A stretch of 64,000 nucleotides of DNA from Terriglobia bacterium (GCA_963664115.2 CAXWPJ010000002.1:224001-288000), one strand, 5' to 3'; shown: positions 1 through 10,404, counted from the first letter of the stretch. Numbers and translations: made by a program. Notes: a model not told the origin generated them from the letters alone.

Positions 1-405
1 TTCGAGCAACTCGACGACCTCGGCGGCATGGTCGAGGCGATCGAGAAGGGGTTTCCGCAACGGGAAATCCAGGACGCCGCCTACGCCTACCAGCTCGCGA
101 TCGAACGTAAGGAACAGATCATCGTAGGCGTCAATGATTACGAAGTTGAGGACGAAGCGCCGATCGACATCCTGACGATCGCCGATACCGTCGCCGAGGA
201 CCAGATCGCGGATCTCCAACGACTCCGGGAAAGGCGTGACAACCGGAGAGTCAGGGAAACGTTGGGCGCCTTGGAGGAGGCGGCCGGCACCGATCGCAAC
301 ATGATGGATCCTATTCTGGATTGTGTCCGTGCGTACGCGACCCTGGGGGAGATCTGTGACCGGCTGCGAAGCGTTTACGGGACGTATACGGAGCCCGACG
401 TCTAG
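1..405 (+). CDS. Methylmalonyl-CoA mutase family, N-terminal (substrate-binding) subunit, 3' part only (runs off window)
   Basis: GGMVEAIEKGFPQREIQDAAY...IVGVN...NMMDPILDCVRAYATLGEICDRLR is the typical C-terminus of split MCM large subunits. Confidence 0.9.
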   Translation, partial: FEQLDDLGGMVEAIEKGFPQREIQDAAYAYQLAIERKEQIIVGVNDYEVEDEAPIDILTIADTVAEDQIADLQRLRERRDNRRVRETLGALEEAAGTDRNMMDPILDCVRAYATLGEICDRLRSVYGTYTEPDV

Positions 406-424
406 GCTGTAGGTTTGCCTGTTT

Positions 425-497
425 TTCAACACGAAGACACGAAGGTCACGAAGTCGGGATTCTTATTTCGGAACCCTTCGTGCCCTTCGTGTGGAAC
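425..497. repeat. Intergenic REP-like inverted repeat with ~9-nt periodicity (CACGAAG units)
   Basis: caacacgaagacacgaaggtcacgaag ... cttcgtgcccttcgtgtgg between convergent genes; related copies at 2176 and 8855. Confidence 0.8.
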
Positions 498-531
498 TCT
501 TCTCTTTTCTTCTATCGAACCCTGAGCACTG

Positions 532-1581
532 TCAGTCAGCGAATGCCTGCGGATGATCCGCTTCGTAGTGTGCTCGGAGCGTGTCACGGCCAAAATCGTT
601 CTCCAGATCACGGAACACGGAATGGACGTGGTTGGCATTGTTCTGAGTATTGTCGAACTCGATCAGGAATGTGGGTCCATGCACACGGTAATAGTGCGGG
701 TCTCCACGCTCGGCGCCCCCGGCCCACGCGAAATGTATTCCGTCGACACCCGCTTCACGAATACGGCCCAGCGTATCGGCAGCAATATTCGGAGCCAGAC
801 GATTGGCGTATTCGCCGATCAGCGACACCAACTGATCCCTCTGCTCCATGGTCATATCCGAAGCAGCCAGACCCGTCGGATCTCCTTCGAGTTCGGCCAC
901 TCGGGCGTTGCTGGTGAGAATGTCCCTGAATGCGGTCTCCTGAATGACGGCGGCTTCGGTCTGGGTCTTGTCCAGAGATGCCAGCAGTTCTCGAGCAAGG
1001 TCTTCTTCCCGGCCCAGAACCCTGAGTCCCCGGCGGGGGCCCTCTTTGACGTCAGCCGGATTCGAACCGAAGAAAGTGGGTGCAGAGGCGATCACCTCGC
1101 CGTCACGCATTGTCACGTTGACGGAAACGTGGTGACCTTCCATCCGCCAGCCCCATGTGCCCGTTTCGGATGGATCGCCGAAGATACTGAAAAAATAGAG
1201 TTCGGGATCGCGACGGATCCGGGCTGATTCCCCACCTTCGAGCTCATACAGGATTTGCTCGAGACTCAGAATCGTTACCGCTTTGACCATTCCGCGCGAA
1301 CTCAAGGTAGAGGCGGCCAAGGCATGAGCCAATTGCTGCTGATGGGGTTTCATCTCCCCCAGAGTCAGTCCTTGACGCGGCACGGGCGTAAACCACCAAT
1401 TCATCCTCTCTTCATCATCGAACTCGAACCGTGCCTGGGCGGACTGTTCCCCGTCGAGCGACGCAAGAAACGCGTTGGCCGCGGTTACGATATCGGGTAC
1501 AGTCTGCGCCTGGTAAAAAGCAGCGGTCGACGACACGGCCAGGCACACCAGAACAGTCAGAACGCGGCTGGAAACTTTCAT
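532..1581 (-). CDS. DUF3500-like secreted protein
   Basis: Signal peptide from ATG 1581 (MKVSSRVLTV); motifs W-F-P-PRQGL, RDPELYFFSIFG, WGWRMEGHH, HYYRVHGPTFLIEFDNTQNNANHVHSV. Confidence 0.8.
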   Translation of the reverse strand: MKVSSRVLTVLVCLAVSSTAAFYQAQTVPDIVTAANAFLASLDGEQSAQARFEFDDEERMNWWFTPVPRQGLTLGEMKPHQQQLAHALAASTLSSRGMVKAVTILSLEQILYELEGGESARIRRDPELYFFSIFGDPSETGTWGWRMEGHHVSVNVTMRDGEVIASAPTFFGSNPADVKEGPRRGLRVLGREEDLARELLASLDKTQTEAAVIQETAFRDILTSNARVAELEGDPTGLAASDMTMEQRDQLVSLIGEYANRLAPNIAADTLGRIREAGVDGIHFAWAGGAERGDPHYYRVHGPTFLIEFDNTQNNANHVHSVFRDLENDFGRDTLRAHYEADHPQAFAD

Positions 1582-1715
1582 GATATTCACCTCGATTTCA
1601 GCCATCCTACTGGCATACCCGGCGGGGGTCAAGCGTGAGCGTACATCGCGTCCCCAGGCCGGTTTAAGGTTTCGTGGAATTCGTTCAATTCACTGTCCTT
1701 ACAAGGAAGCAACTG

Positions 1716-2147
1716 ATGTCTATAGTCGCAGAGACCCGGCTTCGTGTCCGCTACGCGGATACCGACCAGATGGGTGTCGTCTACTACTCGAATTATTTGA
1801 TATGGATGGAAATAGGACGCACCGATTTCTGCATGGAATCGGGCTTCCGTTATCGGGACATGGAAGCGGATGACGGTATCGCCATAGCGGTCGCCGACGT
1901 TCAGTGCCGGTATCGTGCGCCCGCACGCTACGATGACGACATCCTGGTGCGCACATCATTGAAGCGCCTCAGAAAGCGCACGATGACCTTCTCCTACCAG
2001 ATCGTTTACGCAGAAACCGGAACGCTGCTGGCTGAAGCGAGCACGAAGCATGTCGTGGTCGATAAAAATACCGCGCGCCCGAGCACGATTCCGCGGCATC
2101 ACTACGCGTTGCTCCGGGCTGCCGAGTCACCGGATTCGCCTGATTGA
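1716..2147 (+). CDS. Acyl-CoA thioesterase (4HBT/YbgC hotdog family)
   Basis: RVRYADTDQMGVVYYSNYLIWMEIGR motif; ATG 1716 after AAGGAAG. Confidence 0.9.
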   Translation: MSIVAETRLRVRYADTDQMGVVYYSNYLIWMEIGRTDFCMESGFRYRDMEADDGIAIAVADVQCRYRAPARYDDDILVRTSLKRLRKRTMTFSYQIVYAETGTLLAEASTKHVVVDKNTARPSTIPRHHYALLRAAESPDSPD

Positions 2148-2175
2148 AAGTTTAGGGCTTTATTGAAGTGAAGAG

Positions 2176-2267
2176 TTCAACACGAAGGACACGAAGACGA
2201 ACGAAGATAGACGAAGGGGTCAGATATCAAAATCCAGACTTCGTGATCTTCGTGTCTTCGTGTTGAA
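2176..2267. repeat. REP-like periodic inverted repeat
   Basis: ttcaacacgaaggacacgaagacgaacgaag ... cttcgtgatcttcgtgtcttcgtgttgaa. Confidence 0.8.
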
Positions 2268-2327
2268 AAACAGGTATGCGTGTCTGAGGAGCTCCGGCGA
2301 CTATCACAATGAGCTGCGAGATGCTTC

Positions 2328-3236
2328 ATGAACCCAATCGTTGAGTGCATTCCCAACTTCAGCGAGGGCCGCCGCATCGAGGTCGTGGATGCGATCGAAA
2401 ACGCCCTCTCCAGTGTCGATGGTATCTGGATTCTCGATCGGCATATGGACCCCGACCACAATCGATCGGTGATCACGCTGGTCGGACACCCTGACAGCCT
2501 GGCTGAATCCATAGTTGCGGGAGTGTGTGTCGCCTCCGAGCGGATCGACCTTCGACTCCACGAGGGAGAACATCCACGAACCGGCGCAACGGATGTCATA
2601 CCCCTGGTTCCCCTCCGTAATATCTCGATGGAGGCCTGCGCCCGGCTTGCCTGGAAAGTGGGTGCGCGTATTTCCGAAGAGCTGGAGATCCCTATCTATC
2701 TCTACGGTGCAGCGGCCCGGTCGTCTGACCGCAAGAACCTGGAACAGATCCGAAAAATAGGATTTGAGCAACTCATTCAGGAAGCACAACTTCGGAAGGA
2801 GTGGCAGCCCGATCTGGGGCCACCTCAACTGCACGCGACCTCTGGGGCGATGTTCATCGGAGCACGGGCTGTCCTGATCGCGTTTAACGTCAACCTCGAC
2901 AGCGACAACCTGGAGCTCGCACGCAAAATTGCTTCGAATATCAGGGAATCGGGCGGGGGGCTACCCGGAGTGAAGGCTCTGGGCCTTTTCATAAACACGA
3001 CTCACACCGTCCAGGTGTCGATGAACCTCTGCGATTTTGAAAGAACAGGCATCGCAACGACCTTTGAAGCCGTCCGCCGTATGGCGGAAGACTTGGGTGT
3101 ATCGATACTCAGCAGCGAGCTTGTGGGTCTGGCGCCGGAAGCCGCCTTCGAAAGCGTCGATCCCCGATCGCTTCAGCTCGAGGGCTTCAACTCTCAAAAG
3201 ATTCTGGAGAATAGACTCGCCGCGGTTTGCCCCTAA
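2328..3236 (+). CDS. ftcd: Glutamate formimidoyltransferase
   Basis: VECIPNFSEGR, DPDHNRSVIT, HEGEHPRTGATDVIPLVP, QVSMNL, SSELVGL motifs. Confidence 0.93.
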   Translation: MNPIVECIPNFSEGRRIEVVDAIENALSSVDGIWILDRHMDPDHNRSVITLVGHPDSLAESIVAGVCVASERIDLRLHEGEHPRTGATDVIPLVPLRNISMEACARLAWKVGARISEELEIPIYLYGAAARSSDRKNLEQIRKIGFEQLIQEAQLRKEWQPDLGPPQLHATSGAMFIGARAVLIAFNVNLDSDNLELARKIASNIRESGGGLPGVKALGLFINTTHTVQVSMNLCDFERTGIATTFEAVRRMAEDLGVSILSSELVGLAPEAAFESVDPRSLQLEGFNSQKILENRLAAVCP

Positions 3237-3288
3237 CTACCGACCTTTATGAGCCTTAACTCGCTTTCTAGGCTATAATGAATCGCTT

Positions 3289-6132
3289 ATGCAGAGGCAG
3301 ACGCGAAGCCAGAAGCCGACGCGAGGGTCGAAGCAGAAGTCCGGACCTGTGAAAGCTTTCCTGCTTTCTCCCTTCGTCAAGGTATCTGCGGCACTGATAC
3401 TCATTGCAGCGATTGCCGGTGGCGTAGTGTTCACGCACTACTACAACATCTATGCCACGATCATAGACCGCAGGCTTTCGGGCGAGATTTTCAAGGACAC
3501 CGCTAAGATTTACGCGACTCCGTTCATCGTTTATCCGGGACAGGAGATTGCCCCCAACGACGTAATCCTTCGCTTGCGACGGGCGGGTCTTGAACCGCGT
3601 GATCGGACGCCCTCTGAAGACAGCGTCTACCAGTTCATTCCTGGCGATTCCGGTTCCAGCATTATCGTGTCTCCCGACCGACTTCCAGACTACCGCATCG
3701 ATTTCAACCAAACGGTTATCGATGGGATCCAGGAGATGCTCACCGGGTTCGAGGTCAACCAAGTCGAGTTGCCCGCTGAGCTCGTAACGAACCTGTTTGA
3801 CGACACTCGAGAGAAGCGGCGCCTTCTGGAATGGGAACAACTCCCGCCCCATCTAACGGATGCCCTCGTCGCGTCCGAAGACCAACGTTTCTTTCGCCAT
3901 TTCGGCATCGACCTGATCCGGGCAGGCGGCGCCTTCATATCGACCTACGTTCAGGATGGAAAACTGCAGGGGGCCAGTACGCTGACGATGCAGTTGGCTG
4001 GGAATTTTTTCCTGGATCGCGGAGACCGGACGTGGAACCGCAAGATTCCTGAAATCTTCATGGCTCTGATCCTCGAACAGCGATTGACGAAATCCGAAAT
4101 TCTGACGATGTACGCGAATGAGGTCTATCTCGGCAACCGCGGTTCCTTTGCGATCCATGGCTTCGGTGAAGCCGCCGCCGCGTACTTCGGCAAAGACATC
4201 TCCGCGCTGACGGTCTCAGACGCCGCCACGCTCGTGGGGATGCTCCCCGCCCCAAGCGCTTACTCACCGCGGCACAATATGGCACGGGCCATTGAACGGC
4301 GTGACATCGTCCTCGATGAGATGTACGCGCTGGATATGATCAATACGACCCAGCTCGCCGAAGCCCGCCTGGCCGAAATCCAGATTGCTGAAATGAGAGT
4401 GGACGCGAGCGAAGCTCCGTACATGGTGGACTACATTCGAGACCAGTTGCTGGACGATTTCTCCCAGGAGCAGTTGTTCAACGACGGCTTGAAAATTTAC
4501 ACGACGCTCGATCCGGACCTGCAAAAAGCCGCTGTAGAAGCCGTGGCTGCCGGCATTGCGAATGCCGACGCACAACTCGAAGCGATGGGACGCGGACCGT
4601 CCTCGGGCAGACCCCCGGTTCAGGCGTCGATCATCGTTCTGGACCCACATACCGGCGAGATCAAAGCTATGGTCGGCGGGCGGGACTATGGCAACAGCCA
4701 GTACAACAGGATCACTGAGGCTTTCCGCCAGCCCGGCTCCATCTTCAAACCATTCGTTTACGCAACTGCTTTTGAAACGGCCTTCGATCCGGTGATCGAC
4801 CCTGTGGAAGAACCCGATGAAAGCGCGACCTCAATTCTTCTCGATGGTTTCGGTTTCGGACTGACTTCCGAACCGGCACAGGGAGTCGAAGAAGAAGTAG
4901 TTGTAACAGAAGAAGAAACGGTGGTAACGCTGGCCGAGGCAGATGCGGAAGCAGGCGCCGAGGAAAATGCCGAGGGAGAGGCTGAGGAAAACGCCGAGGA
5001 TGAGACCGAGATCGATGAGCGGCCAGTTCTGACTCAAGCCGAATACTTCAGTTTGCGGGCAGCACCTGGAGACGACGAAGCCGCGGACGGCCTGCTCGAA
5101 GAAATGGATTTCATCGTACTTCCGGACCGCGGGGAACTGGGGACCATCGGTAAAGCTTCTATCATCACCCCGATGACAACTGTGATGGACGAGCCGACGC
5201 TCTTCTTCTACGAAGAAGACAAGTTCTATGAGCCGAACAACTACAAGAACGTCTTCTTCGGAATGATTCCTGTTCGGGAAGCGCTCCAGCGATCCCTCAA
5301 CGTCCCGACCGTGAAGATCGCCGAACGCGTCGGCTTCGACCTCATCGCTGAACTCGCCCACCGCGTTGGGCTCAATGCGGACATCCGTCCCTATCCCTCG
5401 ATCGCTTTGGGGTCCTTCGAGGTCACCCCGATAGAAATGGCGGGAGCCTACACGGCGTTCGCCAACGAAGGTGTCCGTGTGGAGCCGCGGGCGATCCGGC
5501 AGGTTGCCGACAAATACGGCGAGATTACGAAGACCTACGGCCTGGAATCTGAACAGGTCTTTCGACCCGAACTGGCCTACCTGATGACAAACCTCCTGGA
5601 GAACGTAATCAACCGGGGAACGGGAGCGGGTGTGCGCGCGAGAGGCTTTAGGCTTCCCGCCGCGGGCAAGACGGGCACGTCCAGAGATGGTTGGTTTGCG
5701 GGATATACAAAAGACCTGTTGGCGATCGCCTGGGTCGGATTCGACGACAACCGGGAACTGGAGCTGGAAGGATCTCGTTCAGCCCTGCCGATATGGACGG
5801 CTTTCATGCTCGCCGCGGACGCGCTCTACCCAGTTAGAGAAGACGAGGAAACCGCTTTCTACGACCCCCCCGGCGTGGAAATGGTCTCCATCGACGCAGA
5901 CACCCTGTCGTTGGCTACACCGTATTGTGAGAACCGCTTCACACAGGCGTTCATCTTCGGTACGGCGCCCCGGGCGTACTGCCCGATCCATTCTTTCTCC
6001 ACCGGATTCATCTTGAGTGAAACCGGAACACCGGCCGTACCCAATCCGGGGCCGGCTTCGGCTACGGAGTTTCCGGGGCAGGTCCAGACACCTCCAATAG
6101 AGGCCGCAACACCTGCCACCTTTGTTCGCTGA
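3289..6132 (+). CDS. Class A penicillin-binding protein (PBP1b-like transglycosylase/transpeptidase) with acidic insertion
   Basis: N-terminal TM; GT motifs EDQRFFRHFGID, GASTLTMQL, RKIPE; TP motifs PGSIFK, SLN, KTG. Confidence 0.93.
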   Translation: MQRQTRSQKPTRGSKQKSGPVKAFLLSPFVKVSAALILIAAIAGGVVFTHYYNIYATIIDRRLSGEIFKDTAKIYATPFIVYPGQEIAPNDVILRLRRAGLEPRDRTPSEDSVYQFIPGDSGSSIIVSPDRLPDYRIDFNQTVIDGIQEMLTGFEVNQVELPAELVTNLFDDTREKRRLLEWEQLPPHLTDALVASEDQRFFRHFGIDLIRAGGAFISTYVQDGKLQGASTLTMQLAGNFFLDRGDRTWNRKIPEIFMALILEQRLTKSEILTMYANEVYLGNRGSFAIHGFGEAAAAYFGKDISALTVSDAATLVGMLPAPSAYSPRHNMARAIERRDIVLDEMYALDMINTTQLAEARLAEIQIAEMRVDASEAPYMVDYIRDQLLDDFSQEQLFNDGLKIYTTLDPDLQKAAVEAVAAGIANADAQLEAMGRGPSSGRPPVQASIIVLDPHTGEIKAMVGGRDYGNSQYNRITEAFRQPGSIFKPFVYATAFETAFDPVIDPVEEPDESATSILLDGFGFGLTSEPAQGVEEEVVVTEEETVVTLAEADAEAGAEENAEGEAEENAEDETEIDERPVLTQAEYFSLRAAPGDDEAADGLLEEMDFIVLPDRGELGTIGKASIITPMTTVMDEPTLFFYEEDKFYEPNNYKNVFFGMIPVREALQRSLNVPTVKIAERVGFDLIAELAHRVGLNADIRPYPSIALGSFEVTPIEMAGAYTAFANEGVRVEPRAIRQVADKYGEITKTYGLESEQVFRPELAYLMTNLLENVINRGTGAGVRARGFRLPAAGKTGTSRDGWFAGYTKDLLAIAWVGFDDNRELELEGSRSALPIWTAFMLAADALYPVREDEETAFYDPPGVEMVSIDADTLSLATPYCENRFTQAFIFGTAPRAYCPIHSFSTGFILSETGTPAVPNPGPASATEFPGQVQTPPIEAATPATFVR

Positions 6133-6301
6133 TTCCAGGCACGGCGAGCAACTCCTCTATTCTTCGAAACCCACCCCGTTTTTCGCGAAACTCAACAATT
6201 CTGTTCGCGAGAACCGGCCCCACGCCCGGAAGTTGATCGAGCTGCCTGATGGTTGCCGTATTCAGGTTGATCAGAACAATTACGGTCAAAAGGTGTCGCA
6301 C
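6062..6301 (-). CDS. ComEA-like helix-hairpin-helix DNA-binding protein
   Basis: INLNTAT..QLDQLPGVGPVLANRIVEFREKRGGFRRIEELLAVPGI; probable GTG start at 6301, just after the cca stop. Confidence 0.8.
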   Translation of the reverse strand: MRHLLTVIVLINLNTATIRQLDQLPGVGPVLANRIVEFREKRGGFRRIEELLAVPGISEQRWQVLRPLLEVSGPAPETP

Positions 6302-6314
6302 AGCCTGCTTTCCC

Positions 6315-7514
6315 TTATCCCACCCCGAACCGTTGGCGCACAAACCGAAGCGCACTGTCTCGATCCAGCAGGCGCTGCTCCAGTTGTTCGTCTTCGACAA
6401 GTGTCAGGATTTCTCTAAAAGAAGGGCCGGGTTGCATTCCCAATGTAATCAGATCGTCTCCCGATATCAAGGCTTCCGGCCAGAGGTCCGTCTCCGACCA
6501 CGCACCCAGCTTTTCCCGGACGAACGCCAAAACAGCCAGATCGCGTCCATCGGAAGCATGGTGCAGTCTATGGATTTCCATGTGGTCCGCAAACCTGTCA
6601 ATGCGCAGAAAGCGTTTCAGCCGAGCCGCCCCCATATCCCGGGCCTGCTCGAAAACGCTCTGGTTTCCAACGAGCGCCAGGACGTGTGCCTGCTCCGCAT
6701 TCGACAACTTCAGACGTCGCACTATGGCTTCCACCTCCACTATTCGACATTCATGAAGAAGAAGCCCCACCGCGAAATCGGGTGCGACCGGGCTTTCAAT
6801 CATCTCGAGGCACCGCTCAAGATGATCGGTCCAGCGCAACTCCGGTAGTATCTCCTGTCGCAGGCCCGATTGCTCGAGCAGACGTATTCCCCGAGCGGGC
6901 CCGCCCTCCACAAGAATTTTCAGCAGTTCATCCCGAATGCGTTCGGCACTGACCTGCTTGATCTTTGGCGCCATCGCTCGAACCCCGGCCCAGGTTTCAT
7001 CTTCGATCGAATATCCCAGCCGTGCACCGAAGCGAATGGCACGGAGTATCCTGAGCCTGTCTTCCTCGAAGCGCTTGAGTGGATCGCCAATCGCGCGCAC
7101 GACACGCCGCTCGATGTCCGCCTGCCCGTCCACGTAGTCGGTGATGACTTTCTCAATTGGATCGTAAAGCAGACCGTTGATCGTGAAATCACGCCTTAAG
7201 ACATCCTCTTTGGCAGTCGTAAAGACAACGCCGCTTGGCCTCCGGCCGTCGACATATGCTTCGTCCGATCTGAACGTGACGACTTCAAACCCGACACCTC
7301 CGTGGACGACAAGAATCACACCAAATTTGATACCGATCGGTTCGGTGCGTGGGAAGATTCGGACGACTTCCTCAGGGCGGGCGCTCGTTGCGATGTCATA
7401 GTCGGTCGGCTCGATGTCCATCACCATATCGCGGACGCATCCACCGACGAAATACGCCTCGTGCCCGTTCTTCCGAAGCGTTCGGACGATGTCTGTTGCG
7501 TGTTCGGGTTTCAT
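6315..7514 (-). CDS. cca: CCA tRNA nucleotidyltransferase / poly(A) polymerase family
   Basis: VGGCVRD..DYDIAT, RRDFTING, FEEDRLRILRAIRF motifs. Confidence 0.88.
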   Translation of the reverse strand: MKPEHATDIVRTLRKNGHEAYFVGGCVRDMVMDIEPTDYDIATSARPEEVVRIFPRTEPIGIKFGVILVVHGGVGFEVVTFRSDEAYVDGRRPSGVVFTTAKEDVLRRDFTINGLLYDPIEKVITDYVDGQADIERRVVRAIGDPLKRFEEDRLRILRAIRFGARLGYSIEDETWAGVRAMAPKIKQVSAERIRDELLKILVEGGPARGIRLLEQSGLRQEILPELRWTDHLERCLEMIESPVAPDFAVGLLLHECRIVEVEAIVRRLKLSNAEQAHVLALVGNQSVFEQARDMGAARLKRFLRIDRFADHMEIHRLHHASDGRDLAVLAFVREKLGAWSETDLWPEALISGDDLITLGMQPGPSFREILTLVEDEQLEQRLLDRDSALRFVRQRFGVG

Positions 7515-7655
7515 TGAAGTTTAACGTTGGCCGTTATGAATTATGAGGCAAGTGCGTGAACCTGAAGTCTCATCTCAATACTTATAACTCTTTACCGATC
7601 TACGTCGCGGATCGCAACGCTACTGTATAATAAGTCGCTTTTCGCGGAGACTTAG

Positions 7656-8828
7656 ATGCCTTCTTACCAGGGAGTCGACTTTTACAGAATCGACGATCTT
7701 CTATCGGACGAGGAACGGCTGGTCCGCGACACGGTCCGAACGTTCGTCAACGATCACGTCAATCCCATCATCGACGACCATTTCGAAACAGCTCGTTTCC
7801 CAATCGAACTCGTTCCACTGATGGCGCGGCTGAATCTCTACGGCGCCGACCTACCGGCAGAATACGGATGCGCCGGAATGAACAATGTGGCCTATGGCCT
7901 GATGATGCAGGAACTCGAAGCCGGGGACAGCGGCTTGCGAAGTTTTGTCAGCGTCCAGGGGGCTCTGGTCATGCATCCCATTTATGCCTTCGGTTCCGAG
8001 GACCAAAAAAGGCATTGGCTTCCCCTGTTGGCTAAGGGAGAAAAGATCGGCTGTTTCGGCTTGACCGAACCCGACCATGGCTCGGACCCGGCCGGCATCG
8101 AAACGCGGGCGCGGCGTAACGGGGATGGTTGGATCCTGAACGGAACCAAACGCTGGATTACGAACGGGACGATCGCCGATATTGCTATTGTGTGGGCCAA
8201 GGACGACGCTGATCAAATACAGAGCTTCATCGTCGAAACAGATCGGCCCGGGTTCGAGGCGCCTGAGATCAAGAAGAAACTGTCGCTCCGGGCATCGGTC
8301 ACGTCCGACCTGATACTCGAAGACGTGACAATCGGGGAAGAAAACAGGCTGCCCCGCGGTACGGGGCTCAAGAGCGCCTTGGCATGCCTGGACCACGCAC
8401 GCTACGGTATTGCCTGGGGCGCGATTGGCGCTGCAATGACTTGCTACGACTGGGCCGCCGACTACACGCAGGGACGGACACAGTTCGGCCGTTCTATCGC
8501 ATCATTCCAACTCGTGCAGGAAAAGCTCGCCGATATGCTGACCGCAATCACGAAAGGCCAACTGCTGGCATGGAGGCTCGGAAAGCTCCGAGACGGGGGA
8601 AGGTCTAACTACGCACAGACATCTCTTGCGAAGCGCAATAACGTTCGCGTTGGACTGGAAACAGCCCGCGTTGCCCGCGACTTAATGGGCGCCAACGGCG
8701 TGACGTCGGAGTACCCGGTCTTCCGCCATATGGTCAACCTGGAATCGGTCTACACCTATGAGGGGACCGACCACATGCATACGCTGATCCTGGGAGAGGC
8801 CATCACGGGCATCCCTGCCTTCCGCTAA
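7656..8828 (+). CDS. Acyl-CoA dehydrogenase, glutaryl-CoA dehydrogenase-like
   Basis: DSGLRSFVSVQ, GCFGLTEPDHGSDP, RHMVNLESVYTYEGT. Confidence 0.9.
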   Translation: MPSYQGVDFYRIDDLLSDEERLVRDTVRTFVNDHVNPIIDDHFETARFPIELVPLMARLNLYGADLPAEYGCAGMNNVAYGLMMQELEAGDSGLRSFVSVQGALVMHPIYAFGSEDQKRHWLPLLAKGEKIGCFGLTEPDHGSDPAGIETRARRNGDGWILNGTKRWITNGTIADIAIVWAKDDADQIQSFIVETDRPGFEAPEIKKKLSLRASVTSDLILEDVTIGEENRLPRGTGLKSALACLDHARYGIAWGAIGAAMTCYDWAADYTQGRTQFGRSIASFQLVQEKLADMLTAITKGQLLAWRLGKLRDGGRSNYAQTSLAKRNNVRVGLETARVARDLMGANGVTSEYPVFRHMVNLESVYTYEGTDHMHTLILGEAITGIPAFR

Positions 8829-8854
8829 AACCCGCAATAAAGACGCAAACCTGA

Positions 8855-8927
8855 TTTTCAACACGAAGACACCAAGTCAACGAAGGAGAAAAGACAATTT
8901 CATTCCTTCGTGACCTTCGTGTTAAAA
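8855..8927. repeat. REP-like periodic inverted repeat
   Basis: ttttcaacacgaagacaccaagtcaacgaagg ... ccttcgtgaccttcgtgttaaaa between convergent genes. Confidence 0.75.
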
Positions 8928-8937
8928 GGTCTTGCCC

Positions 8938-9315
8938 TCAGTCCCCGAGGATTTCTGGAAGTTGCGTTTTGGTGTCGACGACGGCGCCGGAAAGTTGGAT
9001 GGCCGTCAGTCCCGTAACTTCGGTAAGGTTGGCGCCGCGCAGATCCGTGCCGTCGAGAATCGCGTCCTCCATGTCCGACATCCAGAGATCGGCACCTTGA
9101 AGGTTGGCTCCTCTCAAGTTGGTCCGCATCAAGTCAGCGACACTGAGTCGCACCCCACTGAGGTCAGCGCGTTCGAGGTTGGCTCCATGCAGATCTGCCT
9201 GCTGCATCACGGCATTCCTCAGTTCGGCGCGCTCACCGCGCGAACCGCCGGAATCGAGCCATTCTTTGTGAGCAGCGAGAACGTCGGAAATCAGCATAAC
9301 GATAGGGTCCTTCAA
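8938..9315 (-). CDS. Pentapeptide-repeat protein
   Basis: HKEWLDSGGSRGERA followed by A(D/N)LxG repeats. Confidence 0.9.
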   Translation of the reverse strand: MKDPIVMLISDVLAAHKEWLDSGGSRGERAELRNAVMQQADLHGANLERADLSGVRLSVADLMRTNLRGANLQGADLWMSDMEDAILDGTDLRGANLTEVTGLTAIQLSGAVVDTKTQLPEILGD

Positions 9316-9421
9316 TCTGGGCGTCGGGCAGTTTGAGTTAAGAGTTGAGGGTTATGAGCCGAAATCGATCATGCAACTTCGACCCACAACGATCTTTCAA
9401 GTTATAACTTATAACTCTTAA

Positions 9422-10084
9422 CTACCTGTTGGGCTGCTTCACAAGCCGGAGATAGGGCTTCAGCGTCGTCCATCCATCGGGGTACTTTGCCTTCGCAGCT
9501 TCGTCCGACACGGCCGGAACAATGATGCAATCGTCCCCATCCTTCCAGTTCGCCGGCGTGGCCACCTGATGACTGGACGTCAACTGAAGCGAGTCGATGA
9601 CACGCAACAGTTCATCGAAGTTCCGGCCCGTCGCCATGGGGTAGGTAATGATGAGTTTGATCTGTTTGTCCGGACCGATGACATAGACGTTGCGTACCGT
9701 CATGTTGTCCCCAGCCGTCCGTTCCTTGGCATCCCCCTGGGCGTCTTCGGGGAGCATGTCGTAGAGCTTGGCGACTTTGAGTTCCGGGTCACCGATCATC
9801 GGATAGTTCGGCGCAATACCCTGAGTTTCCTCGATATCCTTCGACCAGCTCTTGTGGTCCTCGACGGAATCGATGCTCAGCCCGACAACCTTCACATTGC
9901 GCTTGTCGAATTCAGATTTGAGCTTCGCTACAGTGCCCAATTCGGTCGTGCAGACGGGCGTGAAGTCTTTGGGATGTGAAAACAGCAGGGCCCAACTATC
10001 CCCAATCCAGTCGTGGAATTGGATCGAGCCTTCCGTCGTGTCGGCCGTGAAGTCGGGCGCGGTGGCCCCTAAGCGAAGTGGCAT
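9422..10084 (-). CDS. 1-Cys peroxiredoxin (Prx6 family)
   Basis: FSHPKDFTPVCTTEL, YPMATGRNFDE, ATPANWK; GGAGG RBS. Confidence 0.95.
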   Translation of the reverse strand: MPLRLGATAPDFTADTTEGSIQFHDWIGDSWALLFSHPKDFTPVCTTELGTVAKLKSEFDKRNVKVVGLSIDSVEDHKSWSKDIEETQGIAPNYPMIGDPELKVAKLYDMLPEDAQGDAKERTAGDNMTVRNVYVIGPDKQIKLIITYPMATGRNFDELLRVIDSLQLTSSHQVATPANWKDGDDCIIVPAVSDEAAKAKYPDGWTTLKPYLRLVKQPNR

Positions 10085-10338
10085 ATCGTCCTCCTGAATC
10101 TCTGAAAATAAGTGAACCCCTCGATCGCGCTTACCATTACACGCATTTTCCCCGGACGTGTCAAAGGGAACCGGGGATTTGGCAGTGCATCAGATTGAAT
10201 TTCAGTTTCCGGCAGGGAGGGAGATTTCGCTCGGTCGTTCTTTCAGACGTCCTGTCTGAACGACCGGCGACCCTCGCCATCATCCTGATGGCGAGGCGTA
10301 TTGGGGATCAACGGAATGTTGAAGCAAGCCCTAAGACG

Positions 10339-10404
10339 ACCCACACCGGTCCTCCGGTGCGGGTGGACGGCCTTCATATAAAGACGCAACAGCCGAGGCG
10401 TCAG
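10339..10404 (-). ncRNA. Putative structured RNA, Acido-Lenti-1-like, with adjacent GC hairpin (copy 1)
   Basis: gtggacggccttcatataaagacgcaacagccgaggcgtcag has a clear homolog at 62689-62731; family name recalled from memory; strand inferred from the terminator-like hairpin of copy 2. Confidence 0.55.
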
